Assembly (NCBI GenBank): GCA_047285535.1
Contig: JBJBDC010000001.1
Location: 2,688,136-2,752,135, forward strand
Origin: Synechococcus sp.
Lineage (GTDB): Bacteria > Cyanobacteriota > Cyanobacteriia > PCC-6307 > Cyanobiaceae
Direction: 5' to 3'
DNA: 64,000 nt
The notes beneath the pieces are model-generated. The model did no database searches and had not been told where the DNA came from. It was given only the letters and a program-made list of their open reading frames with translations. Below are positions 62,800 to 64,000 of this stretch, piece after piece (position 1 is the first letter of the stretch; every line of letters starts with the position of its first letter). The translations under genes were made by a program, and so were the position numbers.

Positions 62800-63004
62800 A
62801 TGAGGCTGTAGGTCCTCTCTCGACTCTATGCTCAGGTCAGCGGTCCCCTCTTTGGGGCCCAAAGCACCAGTGATAGCCAGGATTCTCCTGCCTTGATCTG
62901 GCGCCCGGCTGGAGCCTTCGGGCTATGGCCGGGGCCCCGGAGATCTTCCGGTTCTCCGGAGGGGTGGCCCTCCACCTCGATCCCGTCCCTCGAGGAACGA
63001 CTCG
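62800..63004 (+). promoter_or_regulatory. Highly structured psaA 5' leader (possibly the psaA RNA motif); boundaries approximate
   Basis: Consecutive hairpins: CCCGGC..AGCC-TTCG-GGCT..GCCGGG, CCGGAGA..TCTCCGG, GAGGG..CCCTC and CCTCGA..TCGAGG, the last overlapping the SD-like GAGGA. Confidence 0.6.
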
Positions 63005-64000
63005 ATGACCATCAGCCCACCAGAGCGTGGGAGCACTCGCAAGAGCAAATTTGTCAAGGTCGACAAACCTGCGACCTTTGAACTGTTCGGTAAGCCCGGG
63101 CATTTCGATAGATCTCTTGCGAAGGGTCCCAAAACCACAACCTGGGTTTGGAACCTCCACGCCAACGCTCACGATTTCGATAGCCACACGAGTGACCTTG
63201 AAGAGGTCTCTCGGAGGATCTTTAGTGCTCACTTCGGCCATTTGGCCGTGATCTTCATCTGGCTTAGCGGCGCCTTCTTCCATGGAGCCCGCTTCTCCAA
63301 CTATTCCGGCTGGCTTGCCGACCCCACTCATGTGAAGCCCAGTGCTCAGGTGGTGTGGCCGGTGTTCGGTCAGGAAATTCTCAACGGTGACATGGGTGCC
63401 GGACATCAAGGCATCCAGATCACATCAGGCCTCTTCCAAATGTGGCGTGCCTGGGGCATCACAACTGAAACCCAGTTGATGGCTCTGGCGATCGGCGCTC
63501 TGGTGATGGCCGGCCTCATGCTGAATGCAGGCGTCTTCCACTACCACAAGGCAGCTCCAAAGCTTGAGTGGTTCCAAGATGCCGAGGCCATGTTGAACCA
63601 TCACCTGGCTGGTTTGTTCGGCCTGGGTTCCTTGTCATGGGCGGGCCACCTGATCCATGTCTCGGCTCCCACCACCAAGCTGATGGATGCCATTGATGCT
63701 GGCCAGCCGCTGGTCCTCAATGGCAAGACCATCGCTTCAGCTGCCGACATCCCACTGCCTCACGAATTCTTCAACCAGGATCTACTGGCTCAGCTTTATC
63801 CAGGAATCGGCTCCGGCATCGGTGCCTTTTTCTCTGGAGATTGGGCTGCCTACAGTGATTTCTTGACTTTTAAAGGCGGTCTCAACCCGGTCACTGGAAG
63901 CCTTTGGATGACCGACATCGCGCATCACCATCTGGCGATTGCTGTGATGTTCATCGTTGCCGGTCATATGTACCGCAACAACTTCGGCATTGGCCACTCC
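63005..64000 (+). CDS. psaA: Photosystem I P700 apoprotein A1 (5' part; runs off the right edge)
   Basis: Manual translation [50 protein letters not shown]; absent from the ORF track because there is no stop in the window. Confidence 0.98.
   Translation, partial: MTISPPERGSTRKSKFVKVDKPATFELFGKPGHFDRSLAKGPKTTTWVWNLHANAHDFDSHTSDLEEVSRRIFSAHFGHLAVIFIWLSGAFFHGARFSNYSGWLADPTHVKPSAQVVWPVFGQEILNGDMGAGHQGIQITSGLFQMWRAWGITTETQLMALAIGALVMAGLMLNAGVFHYHKAAPKLEWFQDAEAMLNHHLAGLFGLGSLSWAGHLIHVSAPTTKLMDAIDAGQPLVLNGKTIASAADIPLPHEFFNQDLLAQLYPGIGSGIGAFFSGDWAAYSDFLTFKGGLNPVTGSLWMTDIAHHHLAIAVMFIVAGHMYRNNFGIGHS

Noticed and set aside
62837..63409. 190-aa minus-strand ORF
   Set aside because: Antisense to psaA and its leader; no recognisable features.
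1..64000. CRISPR array, IS element, integrase, prophage or defence operon
   Set aside because: No spaced direct repeats and no transposase, recombinase, phage or nuclease-type ORFs recognised; the only large repeat is the psbA duplication.

Overview
This window is chromosomal DNA from a marine picocyanobacterium, most likely marine Synechococcus (inferred from gene content and order). It is mostly core genome: ileS (partial), ycf66, tRNA-Leu, crtR, gatC, ndhP, a queuosine-precursor transporter, mpg, pyrB, ndbA, ycf20, tRNA-Ala, coaBC, psbO, sat, ftsH, eda, aroC, a glucosylglycerate cluster, osmC, two apparently identical psbA copies (Glu130, D1:2 type), an Slr0320-like radical SAM gene, clpS, dapL, TIGR03960 radical SAM-rne-rnhB, pheA, the str operon with rpsJ, Fd-GOGAT, lipA, tRNA-Pro, cbiG-cobJ and the 5' part of psaA. 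The main accessory stretch is an AT-richer islet of about 5.7 kb (11478-17164) off the 3' end of tRNA-Ala. It carries a 2OG-Fe(II) oxygenase, an hli gene, a ferritin with two Fur-like boxes, a secreted Cys-containing orphan next to a perfect CRP-type palindrome, several micro-ORFs and a probable pseudogene. The most notable observations are a PsaA with substitutions in normally conserved motifs, a candidate structured 5' leader ahead of a 56-aa ORF and hli, and a protein with an RHH-like N-terminus and histone-H1-like tail. I found no CRISPR array, integrase, transposase or recognisable defence system, and no clear multi-gene novel system. All homology calls are from recognition of motifs, not from searches.
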